DNA of 64,000 nucleotides, taken from Balanoglossus misakiensis (Eukaryota > Animalia > Hemichordata). Of the stretch, positions 1 to 11,129 are shown piece after piece. The translations under genes and the position numbers were made by a program. Location of the stretch: contig CM082580.2 of the NCBI GenBank assembly GCA_040954595.2, forward strand, positions 236,683 to 300,682, written 5' to 3'. How positions within the stretch are numbered: the stretch's first letter is position 1; each line of letters starts with the position of its first letter. The notes beneath the pieces are model-generated. The model saw only the letters and a list, made by a program, of their open reading frames with translations, was not told where the DNA came from and did no database searches.

Positions 1-985
1 AAATATATAAATTTTGAGTGTTTTCTGAAAATGACGTTTTGGGGGCAAAAAGTGGCAAAATGGCATTTTTTCTTGAGTAGGATCAATAAGACTGCTATTT
101 CTGGAATCAGCACCATTTTTTACATAGGATGAACATTTCATATATCACATGATCTCTGAGCTTTATGAAGAAAAGTTTGTTTTTAAATTTTTTTCTAAAA
201 ATGGCCTTTTTGGGCAAAAACTTTCCAAAAGGGCATTTTTGCATTAGGTTGGGTCAATAAATCTGCTTTTTTCGAATAATCACCAGATTTTACATAGGGT
301 GGGCATATAATACATTATCAGATCTCCGAAAGTGAAGAAAATATATAAATTTTGTGTGTTTTCTGAAAATGACGTTTTGGGGCAAAAAGTGGCAAAAATG
401 GCATTTTTTCTTGAGTAGGGTCAATAAGACTGCTATTTCTGGAATCAGCACCATTTTTTACATAGAATGGACATTTCATATATCCAATGATCTCTGAATA
501 TGATAAACACAATTTATTTTTAGTTTTTTTGTAAAAATGACCTTTTTTGACCACAAAAAGTGGCCAAAAATGGCATTTTTGTATTGATTGAGGTCAAAAA
601 GACTGCTTTATTTTTTAAAGTCACCACTTTTAACATAGAATTGACTTTCCATATATCACCAGATCAATCATTATGAAGAAAACCGTGTGTTTTATTTTTT
701 TTCTAAAAATGACGTTTTTGGGGCAAAAATTGGTCAAAAAGGCAATTTTCTGTTGTTTTGGGTCAATCGAACTACTTTTTTCGTAATATTCACCAAATTT
801 TACATAGAATAAGCATATCATATGTTATCAGATCTCAGAATGTGACGAAAACAATGTGTTTTTAGTGTTTTCTAAAAAAGACCATTTTGGGGTTAAAAAT
901 GGCCAAAATGGCAATTTTGTCTTGAGTGGGGTTAATAAGACTGACTTTTTTGGAATGAGCACCATTTTTTACATAGAATGGACTT
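1..985. repeat. Diverged ~170-bp tandem repeat with ~340-bp dimer structure (continues from outside the window)
   Basis: Motifs 'ttttctgaaaatgacgttttgggg', 'gtcaataagactgct' and 'caccatttttacatag' recur about every 170 bp. Positions 1-130 closely match ~339-470. Confidence 0.8.
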
Positions 986-3306
986 CTCAAACCTTCCTTA
1001 CCAAAAATTCTGATTAACGGCACCTATCTCATAGTGTAACCAGACTACAAGTGAAGAACCCCAGTAACAGACGTAACGAACAAACAAACTACATGTACTA
1101 ACAACAAAGCAAGAAAAGTGTCAAGCGTCGTCAAAGAAAACGAAATAGTTCTAGCATGGTTGGTAAAAGTTATTGGTAGAAAACGAATAGGGCCTTCTAC
1201 AAATGACGTCTCAGACCCGCAAACGCCACCAGAACACAAAACACATGCACAGAACAGTTTAAGCCGGTTGTTGTATGGAGCAGCAATAATCTGCGGTTGG
1301 GCCGTCGTAGATTTTCGCTGGTGGTGAAAATAAATAAAACACGATCGATGTTCGATTTATTCCAGATCACATGCGTTTACGGCCAGAAGAGAGCATAAAA
1401 AACTTCAAATGACCATGTGGTGGCGCACTTTTTCCGATTGGCTGTATTTCAATTTGTTCGTGGTAAATTAATTTTGTGGAGGTGACCGGCACTGAAGCTC
1501 TTAGCTAGGATGAGGTGGGATGGAAAAATGCCCCATTTGACTCATTTTAGCTGTTTTAAATTATACGACTATTTATAGACAAAAGGAAAATAAAACAAGC
1601 GCAAAAACATACCAAACCTAGTTTTATTAATTACAAAAAAAATTGCTGAGTAAAGGTTTTCATGTGGGCATTCACTTTGAACTTGCTAAATTACTTTAAA
1701 GAGACAAAGTCGCTCTCTCTTTGTCCTTTTGCGATGATGGAATGCTTGCTTGAAGTCTCTCGTGCAATAAATGATGTCGATTCATACATGTATGGATGGT
1801 GTATAGGTGGTCGGAATTTACATGTCTTTGCCACGTCCAAACCAAAAACACATAAAATCAAACTTTGGGTCATGAAATCGAGTTTTGTTACAGTCTAGAA
1901 TTTCATGCCACCCCTTTTGGTCATATTATTCTTGGTAGGCAAAAGTGACAAGTAGTCAAGTTTCAACACAGGCAACATTTTTACAAACAAACCACAAAGA
2001 AGACATCAAAAGGGAGAGAATTATAGAATGGTCAATGTGTGAATAGTTAAGATACGTAAAGTGGCCGGGTTCAACATAACATTAACTCATCGACTTCATA
2101 TCGTCTTCATGCCATGGTTTTGCCTGCCCTGAAAAATCTTGTCGTTGCAGAAGTGGTTTTGACAGAAAGAATTTAGTCTTCCGGGATGTTTGTGATTATT
2201 TGAACACCAGACAATACAATGCAACCTTGACTTCCAAAATACTTACCGGCATTGCATTATCTTACCATGGTTAGGCCTACAGAGAACAAATTTTCAACAA
2301 TATTTTCTGAGTTACCGCTGATATTTGTTTTGTAGTATGGATATTAAATTATACATCCCGATACAAAACAGAATGTTATAGAATCCTTCCTGAGTGATAT
2401 TGAAAAAATTACCGGAATGCTATAGCCTAATCTATGGTTAGGGTTATTGCTATTATTTTATATCAGTAATCGACTTTGTGTATATCAATGTCATTTTCAT
2501 AACGAAAATGAACTCGAGTCTAATGTAAACGTTACGAATTGATCGAAAGGCGCTCTGATGAATGTTAACACGAGTGCGCAATGACAAGACATGCATCGTG
2601 CATGACAGTGACAACAGTTCCATTAGAGCAGTTAAAAAATAAACCGGCCGTCCGTAAATTTATCAGCTATATTTTTTTTTATTTAGTCAAGTTTTCCCTG
2701 TTGCATGCTATTAGTTCAGGGGCCAGTTTTAGCAGTGCTCTATTGAGTACTTTCGTATAGATGGATTGATCTCTCGTCCAATCAGAATGGCGGATGGTAG
2801 CATGATCCGACATATTGCGTATTACAATAGGGCTTCCTCATACAGGTCAGAACAGAGAGGTCATTCCTTTTATTTCAGGACGTCTCAGCTCCTTTGTCTT
2901 TTCTGTTATTTTTTGACAAATGCGGATTGACGTTCCATTTCCAATTGGCGATAATTATATTTATTTGTATTTCATTGCATAAGCGCTTGCTAGTCGTTTT
3001 TTAGCAATTTTTTTTGTAGTACAAAAACACTGAAGAAAACGAAATATTTTATTCATTCGCACTTCCAAAGAACACCGTGACATAATTCCTCAATTTGCAT
3101 TTCAGTGTGTGTGTCTGGTGTGTCTGCATTGACGTGAGGCGCATTCTCCACCCGCACACATACGTTGCATTGCATTCTTTGACTAATTAGTGTTACGTCA
3201 TGTTGAAGCAGGATTCTGATTGAGTAGTAAGTAAGTTGCATAATTGACGCACAGCTGGTGCCTCGTTCTCGTACCGCTGACCATTGCATTTGAAAAATCA
3301 TTGCAG

Positions 3307-3369
3307 CTTTGACGTTCATCAAGCATGGAGGTCCCGGTCGCCTCCATGCTTGATGATGTCGTTTCTCTG
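3307..3369 (+). ncRNA. Candidate exon of a spliced non-coding transcript, containing a perfect 16-bp hairpin
   Basis: Acceptor ttgcAG (3305-3306) and donor GTAAGC (3370). Stem 3316-3331 pairs with 3341-3356. Confidence 0.35.
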
Positions 3370-3614
3370 GTAAGCATGGCATTTAATGTTATTTTACAAG
3401 TACATGTACACTCCTTCTAGCAAAAACTGGTCGTGGTAGGGCGAGAGGGTCCCCCCAACATCGAAATTCTGACTTTGGGAAGCGTTACAGCACCAAACAG
3501 TAAACTCACAGTCGCATGGAATTTGTGCGTTATATTACACCGTGCGAGTAAATTGTACGTCGTTCGTTGGCTCGAGTCAGCTTTGTTATTGTGGAGCAGG
3601 TGGTACCGTAACAC

Positions 3615-4028
3615 CACAGGGGGCTCTCCCTAGGCGATTTTATTGTTTGTTTGTTGTTGTTGATTGGCATAATAAACAAATACATATTTCTTTATTAATA
3701 AATATGGTTTGTTGACATGTAAGGGTTAGGTTATTAGGGTATATTTGACAGGTTATGGTATATTCAACGGTTAGAATTAGTGTTGGCATTTTTTCGATCC
3801 ATGGCCGGCATCACCCCCCCAAACCCCCCCCCCCCACCCCCTGTGGCTTAGTGATGCCCGGGGCCGTGGATCGAAAAAAATGCCAACAGTAACCCTAACT
3901 GTTGAATATACCCTAACACTTACATGTCAACAAACCATATTTATTAATAATGAAATATGCATTTGTTTATTATGCCAATCAACAACAACAAACAAACAAT
4001 AAAATCGCGGAGGGAGGAGCCCCCTGTG
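3615..4028. mobile_element. Foldback MITE with CAC...GTG ends and a 7-bp TSD GTAACAC (P/Galileo- or hATw-like)
   Basis: Long imperfect inverted arms starting 'cacaggggg' and ending 'cccctgtg'. GTAACAC at 3608-3614 and 4029-4035. Confidence 0.8.
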
Positions 4029-4231
4029 GTAACACACTACAGTATAACTTTTAAGGCAAAGCGATAGCGAATAAACTGACCAGGGTTGGTTTTGTTGTTG
4101 GGGAGATTTTTGGCACCATTGAGACTGTTATAAGCTACCAGTGGGAGCTATGGTATAGCCGTTAACACGCAGCCCTGCCACGCAGAGCTTCTATGACTGG
4201 TTACTAACTTCTATGTCTATTTGATTCACAG

Positions 4232-4306
4232 ATGCTGCCTGAAACTGTCTGCGTTTCAACTCGGGATTCTCTTCCTTGTCCGGGGCGAGTTTAAGACCGC
4301 TCAATG
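4232..4306 (+). ncRNA. Small exon A (75 nt) of a probable lncRNA
   Basis: TACTAAC branch site at ~4202, ttgattcacAG acceptor, GTAAGC donor. Retained in the duplicate at 13726-13800. Confidence 0.55.
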
Positions 4307-4548
4307 GTAAGCATGACTTGCTTTATATTTGCTTTTATCGGGTGTTGCAACCGAAACAATAGGAAGAAATGTATGTCTACGAACTAATTTACATATTCCA
4401 GCTTTCAATACAATGTACCTGTTTTTTCCCCTTCGAATTCTGGCCTCGATTGCTTGTGATATGATCGTGATGTCATGAATTAGATGGACAACTCACAAGT
4501 TCAAATCTTCACGTGGAGCATAAAATAAATGTGGATGCATTTCCTTAA

Positions 4549-4895
4549 AGGGACAAAGTCTCTCTCTCGCTGCCCTTTTTTCCATTAATTATATTTGATA
4601 CAAGACACCGTTTGTTATTCTACATGTAGATATATAGTGAATGAACGTTCAGCCACACACAACTTCCGTCCCACTTGTAGACACGAGAGTAAAAATACTC
4701 GCCAAAATGAATAATCGTTCTTTACCATTTATTCATTTTGGGCGAGTTTTTACTCTCATATCATACAAGCGGGATGGAAGTTTTGTGTGGTTGATCATTT
4801 ATTCACTATATATCCAAATGTACATTGACATAAACAGTGTCTTGTATCAAACATAATTAATGGAAAAAGGACAGCGACAGAGAGACTTTGTCCCT
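4549..4895. mobile_element. Kolobok-like non-autonomous DNA transposon (AGGG...CCCT, TTAA TSD)
   Basis: Long TIRs 'agggacaaagtctctct', TTAA on both sides. The paralogous empty site 'ttccTTAAccata' is at ~14018-14030. Confidence 0.9.
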
Positions 4896-5233
4896 TTAAC
4901 CATATAGCTAAAATTACTCCCATATCAATACACAGGGAGATACTTTAACTTTGGCTGAACGTGTGCTAGTCCAAAACTATGCTTAATCAAACTGGCTAAG
5001 AGATCTGTTATTATATTAGACGCATGAAGGAAAGTAATGTTGTTTAGAGTGAAATAAAACAATACTTTAGGCCAGAAAGAAAAATGTAAATCATGACACA
5101 AACAGGCTGGAAATTTTTTCTGACCCTATATTATACCATGTTTTGCATATTTTCACTAATTTGTATGGCCCACATAATTCTAAAGCAAGGTTGATTGGTT
5201 ACTAATTAATATTTGCATATATTTGATTCACAG

Positions 5234-5306
5234 TCTTAAACACAGCATTTCAACGTATGCCGGAGGAGGAAGAGAATACTTAGGCCTGATCCAAGACCGC
5301 TTTCCG
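5234..5306 (+). ncRNA. Small exon B (73 nt) of a probable lncRNA
   Basis: TACTAAT branch site, ttgattcacAG acceptor, GTAAGC donor. Duplicate at 14978-15050. Confidence 0.55.
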
Positions 5307-6778
5307 GTAAGCACACCTTGCTGTATACATGCTCCATAGCTTGTTTGTAAATGCTACCTTTTCCCATCAAATAGTGAAGTCACCCTTTTAAAATTATGGT
5401 GGTGGCAAGCCACAACTGGTTATCATGAAGAGTTGGACACCACTAATAATCATTTTAATATTTTCCAATTGGTAACCTTTATGTACCACTATCCTCAACA
5501 ATTTCAGTCAACAAGATTCATATTGCACTGTATAGCAAGGCCAAACAAATATGACTGATTGATAGGGATTTTTCTGAAAATGTGACAAAATCAACAAATA
5601 AACAATAATCAGTCACCAATCATGCATTATGTGTTATTCGAGGGAACCTGAGCGGGTCCCATAAACCTGCCAACCCATGCTAGCCATGACTTTACAAATG
5701 TTTCCGTCATACTATGCAGAAAATTCTGGCTGCCTTAAATAGGTTTTTCACTTTGCGCTAGGTGTCAAATCTCATTGCATTCTGGGCGGAAAGTCCATAA
5801 CCAACTGTAGTAAGAGATAGAAGAAATGATATGTTTACTGTATTTCATGACTTCCTTCGGTCAAACATTTCTGTCTCGGTAGTTAGCATATTAAACTTTT
5901 TTTCACTTTTGCTATTTTTTCTGTTAAAAAGTTCAAGAATGACCCATCATCATTTTAGCTTATGAACTCCCATTTCTTTAACATGGCAAAAATCGGCCAT
6001 CTTGAAATTATCGACCGTATGAGATTTTCATCACTCATTTAGGGTAGCTTAAAACGTGTTTAAAGTAGGGAGAATTGTATAGGCAAGACTTGGGCTGTAA
6101 ATTTGATGAAATAGCTACATGACTATTGTTCACAAGCAGCTGACTGTACTGTAAGACTGGAAGTGTTGTGTACATATTTTACATATTCAATATTTGTAAT
6201 TAGACCATGTCATGTATATCTTGGGGATTGCTCGATCACAATGTCTCTGCTGGTACAATGTCCTTTTAACATGTTCAGTAATATGGTAGTAATTGTAAGT
6301 TTGTGTGCGGCATTTGTAAATTATTTACAATTTATAAATTATTTTGTAAGTTTCTTCATTCTCAAATTGCTTGCCTAACGTACTGCATTAACATTTAAAT
6401 TTTGGTATGATTTTGAGTAGACTTTTTGTTTCAAAATTATTTTTGACACTTTTGGGTGATATGATTTTACATGGAAAATCTGATTTCCCTGTAATTCGGT
6501 TGACAGGATTTTCATCATATCTCTAAATCATGAAGTACATGTATCAGACTTGCATCAGGCCCTCAAAATTCTAGTCGCCTTTGGCAAGTAATATTAGCCA
6601 TTGATCTGGGAAAGTTACAAAAATGTGTTGTCCAAGGACGTTGAAGGTACATGTGGTTTTTACACTTGCTGCATGTTTATAATTTGCAATAGAAATAGAC
6701 ACTCAGTGCCAGCCCACTATCCCGTCTCCTTATTGCTGACTTGTATGTATGTACGTATGTACGCATTTTATCAGAATT

Positions 6779-7383
6779 ATTAGGTCCCATTTGGTATATG
6801 TATTTATACCATGGTACCTTACGGGATCAGTTGCACCTGTATGTATGGATGTTTGTATGTCCATCAACATCAAACATTTGGAAACTACTGGCATTTCACC
6901 TTGATATTTAATGTGCAGACAGGGCAGTAGATGGGAGTTTGTCTAAGTGAAGTTGTCATTGCCAAAATATGCAAATTAGCTGGGAAAGTGTCAAATTCGT
7001 CAAAACTTGGGAACTCAACAACTACTGGGCAAATTGCTTTCAAAATTGATAATTGGTATGCATGTACCTTATGGTATCCTCTCACAATTCTACATGTTGT
7101 GAGCTAATAATGTGAATTTTCTATTTTTAAGCATTTTTTTTGTCTCTTTCCACATTGTCGGTAAAAACCTACTTTTCTGGAATTGATCAGCTGACTTGTT
7201 TGAAATTTATTATGAAGCTTCATAGGTGATCTGAGTTACCAACCATAGTTTTGTTTAAATTGTTGCCAAAAATTGCGTATTTATAATTTTGGAGCAATTT
7301 TTAGGTCCCATTTGGTTTATGTACATATATACGATTGGGACCTTATGGAATCAGTTGCATTTGTATGTATGAGTGAATGGATG
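6779..7383 (+). mobile_element. Helentron-associated non-autonomous (HINE/DINE-1-like) repeats, nested
   Basis: 5' 'ttaggtcccat...(tgg)gacctta' short inverted repeat, then a GTAT/GTCT microsatellite and a conserved core. Same family at ~16966, ~17460 and ~19483. Confidence 0.6.
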
Positions 7384-7910
7384 CAGGGGTCGCGTTAACG
7401 CGGAATTCCGCGTCCGGGACGCAAGCTTTTTTGCTGGGACGCGGGTTCACTTTGATGTCCGCGTCCGGGGAACCCCAGCTGAGCGCACACTGCAGTAATT
7501 GATGATTGTCTTGTAATTTTAATTTGTTTATTCAAAAACGCTTGTACGGCTGGCTAATCCAGAAGATTGACACTTGTAAACAAAAACAAGGTGTGAAATA
7601 ATCATTTGACTAAAGCTTGTTAGAGTTTTCCCGACAAAAAAGAAGAAAATGGCTTCGTTTTTCTTTGGCAGGTCCGCCAATAGCCTTGTCAACAAGTTAC
7701 TTGTGAACGATGTATCATTAATTAGATTATAATGATATGCAGTTAAACGGTCGGCAGCTTGACTAAAGATGGCGGCCGTGCACAGAAACGAAGTGACCGC
7801 GTTATCGCTTTTGATTATGCTTTTACAGCTTGTCTATCTTCATTGGTGTAATCCTTTTACCCGTTTTCGCTTGAAAATCTTTGATTTATCCGACTCCTAG
7901 CTGGACTGGG

Positions 7911-7918
7911 TATAAATA
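7911..7918 (+). promoter_or_regulatory. Putative TATA box of the transposase gene
   Basis: TATAAATA 57 bp upstream of the ATG at 7968. Confidence 0.4.
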
Positions 7919-7967
7919 TGGGGGCGAAACTCGTCAACGATCAGAACACTCTGACACCGATACAGCT

Positions 7968-10179
7968 ATGCATCGATTCCTGACTGTGGCTCCCCGTGCG
8001 AAGTCTACTGACGAGGCAACGTCTATGCCTCGGACTTCCACGCCAGTCGGTAAGAGTGGTAAAAGAGCGTTTTCGTCTGTTGAGCCTGATAGTACAACAC
8101 CAGCTAAGCCTGCAGCTAAGAAAGTTAATCGCCACGAGAACTTTCTTCCCCAGTGGCTGTCAATATTTCCCTGGTTAGAGTATACCAATGGTGCGATGTT
8201 TTGCAAGTGGTGCAAAACAGAAAAGAAGAAGAACAAGTTCACCGTTGATGGCTGTAAGAACTTTCAGAAATCGGCACTAAGTCGTCATCAAAGTCACCAA
8301 GACCATTCTGATGTTTTACTAGCAAGAGCCGGTAGGAAGGTAAGCATGACTTTTTATGTACACACCACACTAGTTGTGGCTGACCCATATTGTTTTGCTA
8401 GTAAATTTTTAGGTAAATTGATAATACATAAACTTGCAATGTAAATTGATAATTCATAAACTTGTTTTATTCACATTCTAGAGCTTCCAACGAGCATCTG
8501 CTGCAGCCACTGAGAAGTCATCTGACAGCCTGCAAACCCAGCTGAAGTGTGTGTACTGGTTGGCAAAAGAAGAGTTACCCGCATCAAAGTACGAGTCATT
8601 GGTTGGTTTTTTGAAGGAAACTGGTTGTCCAAGCCTTGCTGCTGTCTCAAGTGATAAGCTGTATAGTCATCACAGTTCTGTTGAAGATATGGAAGAAGCC
8701 ATTGCCGAGGTGATTGACTCTGAGATAGATCGGGACATTCAGAGTAGTGGTGTTTATGGCATTATGGTAGATGAAAGTGTAGATATTGCTGTCCATAAAG
8801 TTATGTCCATTGTAATTAGAATAGTGGTAGAAGGTGAAGCAAAGAATTGTTTTCTTGGAAATGTTGAGGTTGTAGATGGAAAGGCAGAGACTATCACAAG
8901 TGCTGTATGTAATTTTTTAACTGCAAGGAATATTCCTTTAGAGTGTTTTGTAGGTTTTGGCAGTGATGGTGCTGCAGTCATGACTGGCAGACTAAATGGA
9001 GTTGCAGCTCGTCTGAGACGAGATGTTAACTCTTCTTTGGTTTCTGTCCATTGTGCTGCACACCGTCTCAGTCTTGCATCTTCCCAGGCTGCAAAGAGTA
9101 TTGAGTATTTGAAGAAGTACCAGCAAGTTCTCAACAATTTGTACATGTTTTTCAATTCATCACCAGTACGTTATAACAAGCTTAGAGAGATTCAGTCTGT
9201 GTTAGATGAAGTTCAGGTTGCTTTGCAACAGCCAACACCAGTTCGTTGGCTTTCTGTATCCCAAGCCGTTCAGGCTGTGTACAGGTCCTGGGAGAGTTTG
9301 GTTGCCACTTTGGAAACCATTTATTCTGAGTGTAATAATTCTGTCGCCAAGGGTTTGTTATCAGAGATAACCAGTTACAGTTTTGTATCCATTACTTCCT
9401 TGCTTATGGATGTTTTACCAGTAGTGTCCAATCTTAGCAAAGTGTTTCAGAGAGAACATGTAGACATGTCAGTCATCAAACCCAAGTTACAGATAGCTAT
9501 TTCACTTCTTCAAGACATGTCAAAGACTCCAGCTTTGATGAAACATCTTTCACAGTTCAGGCTTGAGTGTAATGACTTTGTGTATAAAGGGAGAGAGTTG
9601 AGAGCTGCTGGTAGAAATTTTGACATTGACAAGTTGTGTAATACTTACATTGAGAACCTTGTTTGTAATTTATCAGATAGATTTCCTCAGAATGATACAG
9701 ACATTTTACAATGTTTTGATGCTGTCTTTAACCCCAGATGTGTACCCGTAGAAACCAGTCAGCTGTGCTCTTATGCTGACAGAGAGTTTGAGAAGATAGT
9801 CACACATTTCAGTGGTATGGTAGACAAAGATAGGGCAGCTGATGGTTTCATTGAGTTTAAGTATCTTTTACACTGTCATAGGAGCTTATCTTTTCAGCAA
9901 TTTTGTCGACTGTTACTTTGTCAGTACCAGGATGATTTTCCAGATTTTTGTAAGTTAGCATCAATTGCTTTGGTTATACCACTATCAAGTGTACCTTGTG
10001 AGCGGGCCTTTTCGTGCCAAAACAGGATCAAGACAAAGTTAAGGAATCGCTTAACGCCAGCCCATTTGTCAACACTGATGAAAATATCCCTGGAGGGTAA
10101 AGACAGGACCGAGTTCAATTTTTCTCAAGCGATGTCAAATTTCAATGACCAGAAAGTCAGAAGAAAGTTTACTTTGTAA
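7968..10179 (+). CDS. hAT transposase (ZNF862/KIAA1586-like), 689 aa; exons 7968-8339 and 8482-10179
   Basis: Exon 1 encodes a TTF-type zinc finger (FLPQW..FPWL..MFCKWC..HQSHQDH). Phase-0 intron GTAAGC(8340)...ttctAG(8481) joins it in frame to the 8551 ORF. That ORF has DES.D, GSDGAAVMTG, HCAAHRL, RWLS, CERAFS and the hATC tail RNRL. AATAAA at 10178. Confidence 0.93.
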
Positions 10180-11129
10180 TAAAAAAGAAACATTCAAAGA
10201 AAATGAAAATAAATGTGGATATACACTTGAATTGTGATGTTGACTTTGCTAGTAAGTGTGTGCGAGTATGTATGTGTGATAATATATTGGAAAAATGGGG
10301 ACCCACAAAAATATTTAGGGACCCCTGATTTTCACAAGGAAGGGGTCCCAGGGACCCCAAGATTTTGAGGTCTAGCGCAACCCCTGGGATGAAAACCGCT
10401 GGGCATATCACTTCCATATTTAGTGTGTAGATGCAGGCGGGGCTGTAGATGGGATTTTGTTCAAATGAAATTGTCATTGCCAAAATATTACCTGTGTAAA
10501 TGTGAAATTGGTCAAAAGTCAGAAACTTGACAACCACTGGTCAGATTGGTATGTCAATGAACCCCATACAGTCCTGTATGTTGTGAGCTAATATTATGAA
10601 TTTTCTAATGTTTATTAATTTTTTTTGTCTTTTTCCACATTATTGGTAAAAAAAAATCTTCACTTCTGAAAGCGATAGTCCGACTCCTTCGAAATTTAGT
10701 ATGAAGCTTCCTATGGGTGGTCCGAGTTACCATATTTTTTGTTCAGATTGTTGTAAAATAGGCATATTTATAATTTTGAGCAATTTTGCCAATTATGGTC
10801 AGAATGCTTTGCAATTTGGTAGGCAGATTCCCAGGGGTAACCCAAGGAAGATGTCATAAAAATGGTTAAAACTGCGTGCTTGTGTTATTGGGGATATTTT
10901 TTGCAATCTTTGTCAAAAACTGTTTTCTGTTAAACCGTTCAAACCCTTGTCAGATTGCTTTGAATTTTGGCAGGAATGTTCCTTGTAGTGATTGAAGTAA
11001 GATGGTGTACAATTATAGAGATGTTTGCATATTTGTGTTTTTGCCACTTTTGAACAAATGTGTTTTTCTTTGAAACTGCTTTTTTGATGGCTTTGAAATA
11101 TGGTAGGAATATTCCTAGGGGTAACCCAA

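Larger units (their letters stand above)
7384..10386 (+). mobile_element. Full-length autonomous hAT DNA transposon (hAT5/Tip100-like), 3003 bp
   Basis: 14-bp TIRs caggggtcgcgtta / tagcgcaacccctg (2 mismatches). GGATG duplicated at 7379-7383 and 10387-10391. Subterminal GGGAC(C/G)C motifs at both ends. Intact transposase inside. Confidence 0.92.
4184..11070 (+). repeat. Segmental duplication, copy 1 (paralog of ~13679-19250)
   Basis: Collinear near-identical sequence from 'gagct..ctatgactggttactaac' to 'gccactt(t)tgaacaaatgt', with copy-specific insertions. Ends are approximate. Confidence 0.85.

Noticed and set aside
4232-5306. Leucine-rich-repeat exons (72-75 nt size class)
   Set aside because: No frame gives an LxxLxLxxN pattern.
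7881-8444. 187-aa ORF as a separate gene
   Set aside because: It is exon 1 of the transposase reading into the intron. The likely start is the ATG at 7968.
8754-10118. Antisense ORFs within the transposase and other 60-140 aa ORFs in repeats
   Set aside because: Shadow or random ORFs with no recognisable motifs.
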